DNA of 64,000 nt from a bacterium. GTDB taxonomy: Bacteria > Bacteroidota > Bacteroidia > NS11-12g > UBA955. The stretch spans positions 10,584-74,583 of the forward strand of contig JAQSCZ010000100.1 in NCBI GenBank assembly GCA_029945665.1, written 5' to 3'. The notes below the pieces were generated by a model. It was given only the letters and a program-made list of their open reading frames with translations. It ran no database searches and was not told where the DNA came from. Made by a program: the position numbers and the translations under genes. Shown piece after piece: positions 18,086 through 27,900 of this stretch; position 1 is the first letter of the stretch, and each line of letters opens with the position of its first letter.

Positions 18086-19087
18086 ATGACAGAAATTAAA
18101 CAGATGGAAGTAATAACTCATGAATTTTCTTTAGAACATTTTAATTCACAAATCGAATTTGCAATTTCAAATTACAATTCACATGGCCTAAAAGCAGATA
18201 ACTTTGACAATATTGTAATTGGTGGACTGGGTGGTAGCGGCATTGGCGGCAAAATTGCCAAGGCATACTTTTCCGATAAATCATCATTACCAATAGAAGT
18301 TTACAGTGATTATAATTTACCGAAATACACCTCTAAAAAATCTTTGGTCATCTTGTGTTCATACAGCGGTTTGACAGAAGAAACATTGGCATTATACGAA
18401 CAAGCTAAAAATATTGGATGTACAATTATTTGTATTTCTTCTGGCGGCGATTTATTTGCAAATGCGACCAAAGACAAGTATCCTTTATATGTAGTTGAAA
18501 CTGGATATCAACCTAGAATGGCTCTGGGATTTTCTTTAACTTATAATTTGCTAATTTTAGGAGAATTATTTGGTGTTGATACTAAAAAAGAATTAGTTAA
18601 CGCACAATCAATCTACACTGATTGCGCAAATTACCAAGCGTTAGCCAAAGAATACTTGGAAGTTTTTAAAGGCAACGAGAATTTCAAATTTGCCATTGTT
18701 GCAGATAACGCAACAGAAGCAGTGGGTATAAGATTTTGCCAACAAATTCAGGAGAATGCAAAAGCAGAGGCTTTTGTAAATGTTTTACCAGAAGCTAACC
18801 ACAATGCATTTGAAACCTACTACGGTGAATTACCTACCAATTTTATTTTCATTAACAGCCAGACCAATGCGCGCAATACAGGCCGTTTTGCATACTTAAA
18901 ACACCTACTTGAGAAACAAAATAATAAAGTTGTTGAAATTAATTTAGTAGATGCTTCGATTTACGAATTATATAAAGCTATTTATATTACAGACTGGATA
19001 TCAATCTATTTAGCCGATAAAAGAGATTCTGATAAAATGCATGTTCCAAATATCATGGGATTGAAAAACTTCCTTAAAACTTTTTAA
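18086..19087 (+). CDS. SIS-domain sugar isomerase (bifunctional phosphoglucose/phosphomannose isomerase-like)
   Basis: IGGLGGSGIGGKIA and CSYSGLTEET resemble the PGI/PMI SIS family. Confidence 0.65.
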   Translation: MTEIKQMEVITHEFSLEHFNSQIEFAISNYNSHGLKADNFDNIVIGGLGGSGIGGKIAKAYFSDKSSLPIEVYSDYNLPKYTSKKSLVILCSYSGLTEETLALYEQAKNIGCTIICISSGGDLFANATKDKYPLYVVETGYQPRMALGFSLTYNLLILGELFGVDTKKELVNAQSIYTDCANYQALAKEYLEVFKGNENFKFAIVADNATEAVGIRFCQQIQENAKAEAFVNVLPEANHNAFETYYGELPTNFIFINSQTNARNTGRFAYLKHLLEKQNNKVVEINLVDASIYELYKAIYITDWISIYLADKRDSDKMHVPNIMGLKNFLKTF

Positions 19088-20103
19088 TGAAACTCGTTAC
19101 CTTTAAATCAAATAATTTAAGCCGTTTGGGTATCTATACAAACGGTAAAATTTATGACAGCAATGCACATAATAGTGCATTACCTGACAATATGCTTAGC
19201 TTGCTTAATGGCGGTGAAGCAGCGATGGATGTTATGCGCAAAGCAGAATTGGAAATCCATGAAGGAAAAACGAATATTGAAGGGATAATATATTCAGATT
19301 CTATTTTATTAGCGCCAATTCCCAACCCTACAAGCTGTCGCGATGGTTATGCCTTTAGACAGCACGTTGCAGCAGCTAGAAGGAATAGAAATGTTCCCAT
19401 GATTGCTGAATTTGATGAATATCCTATTTTTTACTTCACTAATCACAATGCTATTCAAGGGCCAGGTGAAATATGGTGCATGCCAGATCATTTTCAAAAA
19501 CTCGATTTTGAATTAGAAATTGCAGTTGTACTTGGCAAAAAAGGAAGAAACATTAAAGCAGAAAAGACAGATGAATACATTGCTGGATATACCATCATGA
19601 ATGATATGAGTGCTCGCACACTTCAAATGGAAGAAATGTTATTGAACCTTGGACCAGCCAAAGGAAAAGATTTCTCAACAGTTATTGGCCCCTACCTGAT
19701 TACTCCCGATGAACTTCAATCATATCTTGTTCCAGCTAAAACAAACCATGCGGGCAACAATTATAACTTAGACATGAAATGTTGGGTAAATGGTGTTGAG
19801 GTAAGCAGTGGTAATGTTGGCGACATGGACTGGACCTTTGCCGAAATCATAGAACGATGCGCTTACGGCGTTGATATATGGCCAGGAGATGTTATTGGCA
19901 GTGGCACTGTGGGCACTGGTTGTTTCCTAGAGCTCAATGGAACTGGCTTATTGAATGACAAGCAATTTAAACCACAATGGCTTCAAGCAAATGACTTAGT
20001 TGAGATGGAAATTACTGGTTTGGGCAAACTTAGCAATACAATAAAAGCCGTTGAAACCGACTTTTCAATACTTGCACTTAAGAAAGCTAAACAAACCGCT
20101 TAA
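19087..20103 (+). CDS. Fumarylacetoacetate hydrolase (FAH) family protein
   Basis: The start forms a TAATG overlap with the upstream gene. LDFELEIAVVLGKKG, GYTIMNDMSAR and GDVIGSGTVGTG are FAH-fold signatures. Confidence 0.8.
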   Translation: MKLVTFKSNNLSRLGIYTNGKIYDSNAHNSALPDNMLSLLNGGEAAMDVMRKAELEIHEGKTNIEGIIYSDSILLAPIPNPTSCRDGYAFRQHVAAARRNRNVPMIAEFDEYPIFYFTNHNAIQGPGEIWCMPDHFQKLDFELEIAVVLGKKGRNIKAEKTDEYIAGYTIMNDMSARTLQMEEMLLNLGPAKGKDFSTVIGPYLITPDELQSYLVPAKTNHAGNNYNLDMKCWVNGVEVSSGNVGDMDWTFAEIIERCAYGVDIWPGDVIGSGTVGTGCFLELNGTGLLNDKQFKPQWLQANDLVEMEITGLGKLSNTIKAVETDFSILALKKAKQTA

Positions 20104-20122
20104 ATACAATTTTGATATTCGT

Positions 20123-20154
20123 AAAAGACCAGCATTGTGTTGGTCTTTTTTTTT
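20123..20154 (+). terminator. Rho-independent terminator after the FAH gene
   Basis: Stem AAAGACCA / TGGTCTTT followed by a 9-T run. Confidence 0.7.
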
Positions 20155-20170
20155 ACTTAAAACAAAAGCA

Positions 20171-20205
20171 AAAAAAAAGGGCTCAATAAATTTGAGCCCT
20201 TTTTT
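20171..20205. terminator. Bidirectional hairpin terminator (serves the minus-strand PKD gene)
   Basis: GGGCTCAA / TTGAGCCC stem flanked by an A-run (20171-20178) and a T-run (20200-20205). Confidence 0.7.
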
Positions 20206-20223
20206 GAATATGATTTAATTCAT

Positions 20224-23200
20224 TTAGTTCGTTACTGTAACCTTAGTAGTTGTTGTTACCTCATTGACTGTAACTTTTACTAGGTAAATACCTTTCGCAA
20301 CATCTCCAAGGTTAATATTTACAGAGCTATCTGCGCTTGTTTGACTTAATATTTTTGATCCAAGTAAATTATAAACTTCGATTTTCATACTGTTGCCATT
20401 GTTATTGCTAACTGTAAAAGTACCACTGTTAGGATTTGGATATATTTTTAATCCTACATTGTTACCAATACTAGTTGTAGAGGTATTCGCTGAAATAGTT
20501 TTAGTTATTTCACAATTACATCCTGCACTATTGGTTGCAATCATTTTTACATGAAATCCTCCAGCATATAAATATTGATAGGTAGGAATTTTAGCAAAAG
20601 AAGCTCCTCCTTCACCAAAGTACCACTCATATTTAGTATAGGTTGTATTTGATGGCGTAAATTGATATTTTATGAAGCCTTGATTTTGAATTGAAAAATC
20701 GCAGGTAGGGGCTTGACTGACAGTAACTGTTTTGAAAACCGTATCAGAACAACCATTAACATAAGAAGCGGCTAAAGAAACAGTATAGGTTGTTGTAGTT
20801 GCCGGATTGTATAACCTTTTTGGTGAAGCATCCGTACCTGTACCATTTCCAAAGTCCCAACTATAATTAATATTCCCTTTATCGCCTGAAGTTAAATTCA
20901 CAAAGTTTAATATTTCACCTGAGCAAATATCAGCGGCTGTAAAATTAGCTTTTGGTTGAATAGCCACTGTTATATCTTTGGAAGTAACACCACTACAACC
21001 GTTCGTATAAAGGGCTTGCAGCATAACATTATAACGACCTTCATTCGGCCAAGTACGGGTTACATTCTTTTGATTTGATGTATAATTATCAGAGAATGTC
21101 CAAGTATAAGTTGAAATTGGCGCATTTTCAATAGTAGTATTGGTAAATACAGTTGGTATTTTTCCGCAGAATTGGTTCCCAACAAATGCAGGGATTGGTG
21201 TTTCTTTAACAACTATTTGTTTGGTGATTGAATCTGTGCAGCCAAATTCTGAAACTGCTGTAAGCTTAACATCGTATGTTTTTGCAATAGCAAATGCATG
21301 CTTACCATTTTTGGTTGTTGAGATATTACCATCTGAATAATCCCAAAGGGCACCTTGATCACCTAAAGCAATGGTAGATGTATTTGGTAGTGTAATTTCA
21401 CTAAGAGCGCATACTGAAGTGCTAGGCGCTGTATATGAGGCAACCGGTTTTGCAAATTGATATGCATTTCTTGTCTGGGTGGCTAAACAACCATTGGCGG
21501 AAGCTGTCAGTTTAACAACAAATGCGCCAGGTGCTGCATATAGGTGGGTAGGATTAGATGCAGTTGCATGGGTCGAAGCATCACCAAAATCCCAATCATA
21601 GGTCATTGTGCCTGAAGAAATTGTAGATTGATTTTGGAAACGAACAGTTGAACCTTCGCATGCATTTATTGGACGGAATTTTACAACTGGAATGTCACTC
21701 ACCTGAACAATGATTGTGGTATCTTTCACAATGTCATAAGGAAAACTGGTAGCAACTATTTTAACATTGAAACTTCCTGCCGTTTTAAATTCATGTATAG
21801 GGTTTGTGTTATCTGAACTATCACCATCTCCAAAATACCACTTATAAGTACTGGTACCAGAATGAATGGTAGTTGTATTGTCAAAATTAGTGAAATCACC
21901 CAAGCAAACAGCACCTTGTATACTAAAATTAGGCTTAGGGGTAGGAACAACTCTAATGGTTCTTTTAATTGTGCTATCACAACCATTAGGTGTATTTGAA
22001 ATGGTGTAAGAGATTGTTATATTACTATCTAAATAAGTATTTAATCCAGTAAATTTAAATACTGCATTATTACCTGATAGAGGATTTGTAAGCGTATAGG
22101 CACTTGGTGGAACAATTGAGCCATAGGTAGTTCTAGCAACTATCGAACTAATAGACCATGTACTTCCAAAATTTGAATTGGTATAATTTGTGGGAGGTGT
22201 TAATTCGTACTGAACACTTTTTCCAATTTCAACAACATCTGGTTGCGCAGGCGAACCAACATTTAATTTCCCTTGAAAAATAGCGCCTTTAATCAGCGAA
22301 GAGCCGCTCGGAGAGGCATAACTTGTAATAGTTGTATAAACACTATCATTTTGTCTATTTCTATCGTGATCAACATTTAGTATTTTAACAGGCATACTAG
22401 AAACAATTTTGTGTGTTAAAAATGCAGCAGGGATAACAATGGTAGTGTCTGCACCAACTGCTAATCCATTCAGATTTACATAATATCCAATTCGGCCTTG
22501 TCCTACCATATCCAATCCAAGATTAAAACCTTTTGCAGCATCAGGACCATGGTTTGTTAAATCGAGTGTTAAATCGGAACCTTTGTTGGTACAAATTGGA
22601 TTTGGACTTAATGAGGCAGTTTTCAATTCCAGGTCAGTTTTACAATCGTTATTAAAACAATATGAAACATCATCAATCCAAAATTGAGAGGCGTAGTTTA
22701 CACCAAAAATATCAAGGAAGGACACCGCGTTTACACCATTTGAAAAAGTACCTTGAGAAACACCGTCAATAAATACTTCCCAAACATTGGTGTCAAAATT
22801 TACATCAATGCCTATTTCGAACCATTGCCCTTGAGGAAAATAGCCCGATAATTTATCGACATAAAAAGATCCATCATCATACATGTAAAAATCTAATGCC
22901 CAACTTGAACCGAGGCTAGCACCACCTTGGAAATTAAAATAAGCTGAGTTGCCATAAGGAACTTTCCACATTGAACGAAACTTAAAAGTTCCTGTATTGT
23001 GAACACCATTGAATGGAAGCACGATGTCTTGAGGACCGCCGCCGTATGGTGAGTCGTAATAGATTGAATTGCTGCCGCTGAAAGCATCGTCATTCACAAT
23101 TTGAATATCCTCGGATGTTCCAGGACTGTTGCTCCAGGTTGTCCAGCCAGTGCCTTGGTTTCCCAAATAGTCGCCAACGTTATAATTTTCAAAATCATCT

Positions 23201-23271
23201 GAAAACGATTGTGAAAATACATTTGGCAAAACAATTGAAAAGATAAAAATAAGTAAGCTCGTTTTTTTCAT
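20224..23271 (-). CDS. T9SS-secreted surface protein: N-terminal jelly-roll-like domain, CARDB-like domain, six PKD domains, type-A T9SS C-terminal sorting domain
   Basis: Signal peptide MKKTSLLIFIFSIVLPNVFSQ. W-x-F-G-D PKD motifs occur at aa 478, 560, 643, 724, 805 and 883. The CTD is LKIYPNPNSGTFTV...GIYLVKVTV (nt 20227-20451). Confidence 0.85.
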   Translation of the reverse strand: MKKTSLLIFIFSIVLPNVFSQSFSDDFENYNVGDYLGNQGTGWTTWSNSPGTSEDIQIVNDDAFSGSNSIYYDSPYGGGPQDIVLPFNGVHNTGTFKFRSMWKVPYGNSAYFNFQGGASLGSSWALDFYMYDDGSFYVDKLSGYFPQGQWFEIGIDVNFDTNVWEVFIDGVSQGTFSNGVNAVSFLDIFGVNYASQFWIDDVSYCFNNDCKTDLELKTASLSPNPICTNKGSDLTLDLTNHGPDAAKGFNLGLDMVGQGRIGYYVNLNGLAVGADTTIVIPAAFLTHKIVSSMPVKILNVDHDRNRQNDSVYTTITSYASPSGSSLIKGAIFQGKLNVGSPAQPDVVEIGKSVQYELTPPTNYTNSNFGSTWSISSIVARTTYGSIVPPSAYTLTNPLSGNNAVFKFTGLNTYLDSNITISYTISNTPNGCDSTIKRTIRVVPTPKPNFSIQGAVCLGDFTNFDNTTTIHSGTSTYKWYFGDGDSSDNTNPIHEFKTAGSFNVKIVATSFPYDIVKDTTIIVQVSDIPVVKFRPINACEGSTVRFQNQSTISSGTMTYDWDFGDASTHATASNPTHLYAAPGAFVVKLTASANGCLATQTRNAYQFAKPVASYTAPSTSVCALSEITLPNTSTIALGDQGALWDYSDGNISTTKNGKHAFAIAKTYDVKLTAVSEFGCTDSITKQIVVKETPIPAFVGNQFCGKIPTVFTNTTIENAPISTYTWTFSDNYTSNQKNVTRTWPNEGRYNVMLQALYTNGCSGVTSKDITVAIQPKANFTAADICSGEILNFVNLTSGDKGNINYSWDFGNGTGTDASPKRLYNPATTTTYTVSLAASYVNGCSDTVFKTVTVSQAPTCDFSIQNQGFIKYQFTPSNTTYTKYEWYFGEGGASFAKIPTYQYLYAGGFHVKMIATNSAGCNCEITKTISANTSTTSIGNNVGLKIYPNPNSGTFTVSNNNGNSMKIEVYNLLGSKILSQTSADSSVNINLGDVAKGIYLVKVTVNEVTTTTKVTVTN
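20488..21945 (-). repeat. Tandem array of six PKD-domain coding units (about 81 aa / 243 nt period) inside the 1015-aa gene
   Basis: The motifs YKWYFGDGD, YDWDFGDAS, ALWDYSDGN, YTWTFSDNY, YSWDFGNGT and YEWYFGEGG are spaced 78-83 aa apart. The repeats are divergent at the protein level, not identical DNA repeats. Confidence 0.6.
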
Positions 23272-23590
23272 GATAGTGTATTTTTTGTTTTATTAGTGTA
23301 ATATATAGTTATTTCAAAATGAAGTATGTAATACTCCAATAATTTATACGAAATTAGGTCAAAAAATCAATACTTGCAATTAATTTGACAATTATCAGTT
23401 GTTTTTTTACAAAAAAAATACAATTAAAAGACCCAATAAAATGAGATGGTTAAAATTTAAATTAACCTTATTTAAGTATTTATACTTAAATAAAACAGCT
23501 CATTTTAATAATATCAAAATATTGGTTTACAATATTCTACAAACATAAATACGCCAAAAAACAAATAGCTGATTGAAAATAACTGATTAT

Positions 23591-23611
23591 TTGAAGCAAT
23601 TATCGCTTCAA
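23591..23611 (-). terminator. Weak hairpin spanning the ffh stop codon (possible terminator element)
   Basis: TTGAAGC / GCTTCAA 7-bp stem with a 7-nt loop containing the TAA of ffh. No clean T-run follows, so this is low confidence. Confidence 0.25.
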
Positions 23612-24898
23612 TTTTAAATTATTCATGTTCTTCATCATTTTGCGCATATCACTGAACTGGCCTAATAGTTTATTCAAGTTTTGAATATTTTTACCGCTTC
23701 CTTTTACAATCCTATTTTTTCTTGAAGAAGTCAAAATCTCTGGGTTTTTTCGCTCACTAGGTGTCATAGAAAGAATCATGGCTTCAATTCCCTTAAAAGC
23801 GTTCTCATCAACATCCATATCTTTTATTTTATTTCCGACCCCAGGTATCATTCCCATCAAATCTTTAATATTACCCATCTTTTTTATCTGTTGTAATTGA
23901 CTTAAAAAGTCCTCAAAGTCGAAATTGTTCTTGCTTATTTTTTTCTGCAGTCTTGAAGCTTCTTCTTCGTCAAAAACGGATTGGGCTCTTTCTACTAGAC
24001 TGACCACATCTCCCATACCCAAAATCCTACTCGCCATTCGCTCCGGATAGAAAACATCTAGCGCATCCAATTTTTCACCATTACTTACAAATTTAATAGG
24101 CTTATTGACTACTGATTTAATAGACAAGGCTGCTCCTCCCCTTGTATCGCCATCCATTTTGGTTAAAACAACACCATCAAAATCAAGTCTATCATTGAAA
24201 TTTTTTGCCGTATTAACGGCATCCTGGCCCGTCATTGCATCTACGACAAATAAAATTTCGGATGGATTTAATGCCAATTTAACATTGTAAATCTCTTGCA
24301 TCATTTCCTCATCGATACTTAAACGACCTGCAGTATCCACAATCACAACATTGTGATTATGTTCTTTGGCATACTTTATAGCGTTAAGCGCAATTTCAAC
24401 CGGATTTTTATTGTCTATTTCAGTGTAAACACTGGTATCAATAGACGCTCCTAAAACCTTCAATTGTTCGATAGCTGCTGGACGGTATACATCGCAAGCA
24501 ACCAACAGTGGATTTCTGCCCTTACTTCTGATATATTTGGCAAGTTTTCCTGAAAAAGTAGTTTTACCAGACCCCTGTAAACCTGCAATAAGAATAATGG
24601 CAGGACTACCTGTTATATTAATATCTTTTTGATCGCCACCTAACAACTGAATCAATTCATCGTTAACAACTTTGGTTAACAATTGACCTGGTGAAACACT
24701 TGTTAAAACATTTTGGCCCAAAGCCTTTTGTTTAACCTGATCTGTAAATTCTTTTGCAATTTTAAAATTAACGTCAGCATCGACTAATGCCCTTCTAATT
24801 TCTTTGAGTGTTTCAGCAACATTAATTTCTGAAATTCTACCTTGACCTTTCAGCGTTTTAATCGCCTTTTCAATTTTTAAACTTAAATTTTCGAACAT
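23600..24898 (-). CDS. ffh: Signal recognition particle protein Ffh
   Basis: GLQGSGKTTFSGKLA, DTAGRL and TKMDGDTRGGAALS are present, with a methionine-rich M domain. Confidence 0.95.
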   Translation of the reverse strand: MFENLSLKIEKAIKTLKGQGRISEINVAETLKEIRRALVDADVNFKIAKEFTDQVKQKALGQNVLTSVSPGQLLTKVVNDELIQLLGGDQKDINITGSPAIILIAGLQGSGKTTFSGKLAKYIRSKGRNPLLVACDVYRPAAIEQLKVLGASIDTSVYTEIDNKNPVEIALNAIKYAKEHNHNVVIVDTAGRLSIDEEMMQEIYNVKLALNPSEILFVVDAMTGQDAVNTAKNFNDRLDFDGVVLTKMDGDTRGGAALSIKSVVNKPIKFVSNGEKLDALDVFYPERMASRILGMGDVVSLVERAQSVFDEEEASRLQKKISKNNFDFEDFLSQLQQIKKMGNIKDLMGMIPGVGNKIKDMDVDENAFKGIEAMILSMTPSERKNPEILTSSRKNRIVKGSGKNIQNLNKLLGQFSDMRKMMKNMNNLKLKR

Positions 24899-24924
24899 AA
24901 AAAAATCACCATTTTTTGAGAATG

Positions 24925-24932
24925 CAAAAGTA
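24925..24932 (-). promoter_or_regulatory. Candidate -7 box TACTTTTG for ffh
   Basis: Exact TAnnTTTG on the minus strand, 26 nt upstream of ATG 24898, in the 47-nt gap after the adhesin gene. Confidence 0.45.
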
Positions 24933-24945
24933 GGTGAAGAAAGGC

Positions 24946-27900
24946 TTATCGCAAAAGGGTAATTACACCTTCAAGATTAAAATTTTTAGCGCCATCTAAA
25001 CTTAAGGCCTTTATTTTATAGAGGTAATGACCTTCTTGACAAGGTTTCCCCGAAAAACTCCCATCCCATCCGCTCTGAACATCAAAGGATTCGAAAACTT
25101 TTTCGCCCCATCTATTGTAAATCTCCATGTGGTAATCTAGAATTGGATTTCCTGTTTTATTGTAAACAAGGATGGCACTTGGAATAAATACTTCGTTATT
25201 ACCATCTTTATTTGGCGTAAAGACATTGGGCACCCATACTTGCGATTCGGCGATTAAACAAGCTACATTAGAACGACTGATAACACCTCCCAATGAGTCT
25301 TTTACTGCCTCAACATAAAAACAAATAGAATCATCCAACTTATCATCTTTATATTCAAATATATTTGTAATATTATCAACCTTTGACAGGAAATTAAATG
25401 TATTTTTATCTCTTAAAAACACCTCGTATTGTTTAATTCCACTGAACCAATATTCATAAGCGTTCCAATTCAATTGATTAATATAATTTGCTGCACTACC
25501 TTTCAATAAAATCGTTTTTGAATTGCTACTTTTGGGAGAAAAATTACCACAATGGTCTTCCGCTCTTATTGCATAGTTGTAGGAAAATTCATTCGTATTG
25601 ACATTAATACCTTTATCGATAAAACCAGCACTATCGCTTGTAGCGTAAAAATTATCTGGACTACTTCCAACAAAAGAACGCGAAATATGATACGTTTTAA
25701 CATTTTTTACAAATTTATAAGGTAGCCAGCGCGTGTAGGTGGAGGTACCCGATAATACTGTTGCAGCAATTGGTATCACTGGTTGCGAAGGGAATACATA
25801 TTTTGGTGTTCCACAGGCTGTATTACTTTGCGATTTCCAACGCTTATTTTTCTCTACAGCAATGATATAGTAACAGTAGTTTTTATTGCACAATTGTTTA
25901 TCAATAAATCTGGTAAACTTACCTTCTACAGAATCGTATAATTTGAATGCACCCCCATTTTCATTTCTATAAATATAGTATTCGCCAACGCCGATATTAG
26001 AACCATTATCCCAGCCCGAGTAGGCCAACCAATTTAATCTTAATTCATTGATAGAATCAGTTACATTCAACAGTATTGTACAATGCGATTTGGCTACTTT
26101 TCCTTTGACATTGCAATTATCTATGGTATTAATTGTATAACAATACCTTAATTTACTCACATCAATTCCAGTCAGAACTTTAAAAGAGGTATCTAACCTA
26201 TTGGCAGTTGTAAAGATATTGGTTAGACCAGAGAAATCTTTATAAAGGTTATAGCCAATAAAACGTTTATGCGTTGAGCGAGTCCAATTTATAAAAATAT
26301 CATTGTTGTTTTGAATGGTTACAAAATTAATTGGAGGAGAAGGCAAGCCAATGGTGTCATTAACAAAAACATATTTCGTAAAAGTATCTATACAATTATT
26401 GATATCCCTAACAAACAAAACAACCTGATTGAGTTTGATATTATTAAATGTGAAGGTTGGATTCTGTTTTGTTGAAGAATCTTTGTAGGTATTTGGATTA
26501 CCAAAATCCCAAAGCCACTGTTTAATTTGAGCATTAGACGGAAGGCTATTGGCCGTAAAATTAATTGAGCCATTATAACAAATCGTGTCCTTATCGGCCA
26601 CAAATGAAGCGACTGGTGGTGCATACGCTTTAATAAAGAATTTATTCTTTAAAGTATCCTCGCAACCATTGGCACTACGTGCTATTAAAACTGGTTTAAA
26701 ATCACCGGTGGGATAATAATACTGCGGGGCATCAGAATTATTATCAATCTTACCATCGCCATCAAAATCCCATTTGACGGTTTGAGAACCTAGGCTAATA
26801 TTTTTAAAAACCACTTTTAGTGCCGAACATCCGGTATCCTTATCAATTGTATAGTTGGCATTAGGAGAACGTTTAACAATAATAGAATCTTTGGGTTTAA
26901 AAACGGCCAAACAACCCAGAGAATCTATGACATACAATTTTGGTTTAAATACCTGCTGAGATAAGGAACGATCAAAAATTTGATAAGTATGTTTATTGAA
27001 ATTAATTGAATCTAGGTATGTCCCGTCACCATATTCTAAATAAAATCTATTAAAATATTTACTTTGGTTTGCAAATTTAACATTCAATTTTTCACAGCCA
27101 ACAATATTCGTAATTGTGAAGCGAGGTATGGGCCCGATAACGGTTATAAAACCCTTTTTTTCTAAGGTATCACTGCAACCGTATGCATCTACAATTAATC
27201 GAACATCACTTCCAGCTGGACCAGTGTTTTCTAAAAAAAGTGTACTTATTGTAGAAAGATTTTCTGTAATTGTATCCCCTTGGCTAAATTTCCAGGAATA
27301 TTTATAGATATAAGGATGGGTTTTGGCTGAAACTGTTGTAATAATTGGTGCACAATAATTTAAGGTATCATTACTCGTAAATTGTGCTTTTATATTATTC
27401 ACCACCATGGTGCGATAACCCGTATCTGTGCAAAGTCCATTGCCATAAGTGATAAGACCAATAGAATATACCCCTTCTCTATTAAACGTAATGTTAGGAT
27501 TTCGTCCGGTATCATTTGGACCAAATTGTCCCGCGCTGGTTGAATCCTTTATAAACCATTTAAATTTAACAGCGTCTGGATCGGATATGTTAACCAAAGC
27601 AACTTTCCGACCAACACAACCATAAAAAGGAGCATTAAAACTCGCTTGAACTCCTGAAATCACAGAAAACAATGAACTTGAATCACTACATCCAGATGAG
27701 TGGTAATAGCTAAATCCAAAATAGAACGTTCCTGCTTTTTTAACCTTTACTGGCGTAATTAAATTACCTGGATTTTGAATTTTTAGATACGTTGTATCCC
27801 AATTCGTTGACCAATAATTGGTAATTTTACTTGGTGTATTATTTTTAAAATTATACTCCATTAATTTAGTAGCCTTAAGTGTTAGGGTAAAAGGATTACA

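Noticed and set aside
23272-23599. A tRNA or small structured ncRNA in the longest intergenic region.
   Set aside because: No T-loop-like GTTCRANYC or acceptor-stem pairing was seen. The sequence is almost pure A/T apart from the palindromes reported separately. I cannot exclude an sRNA without expression data.
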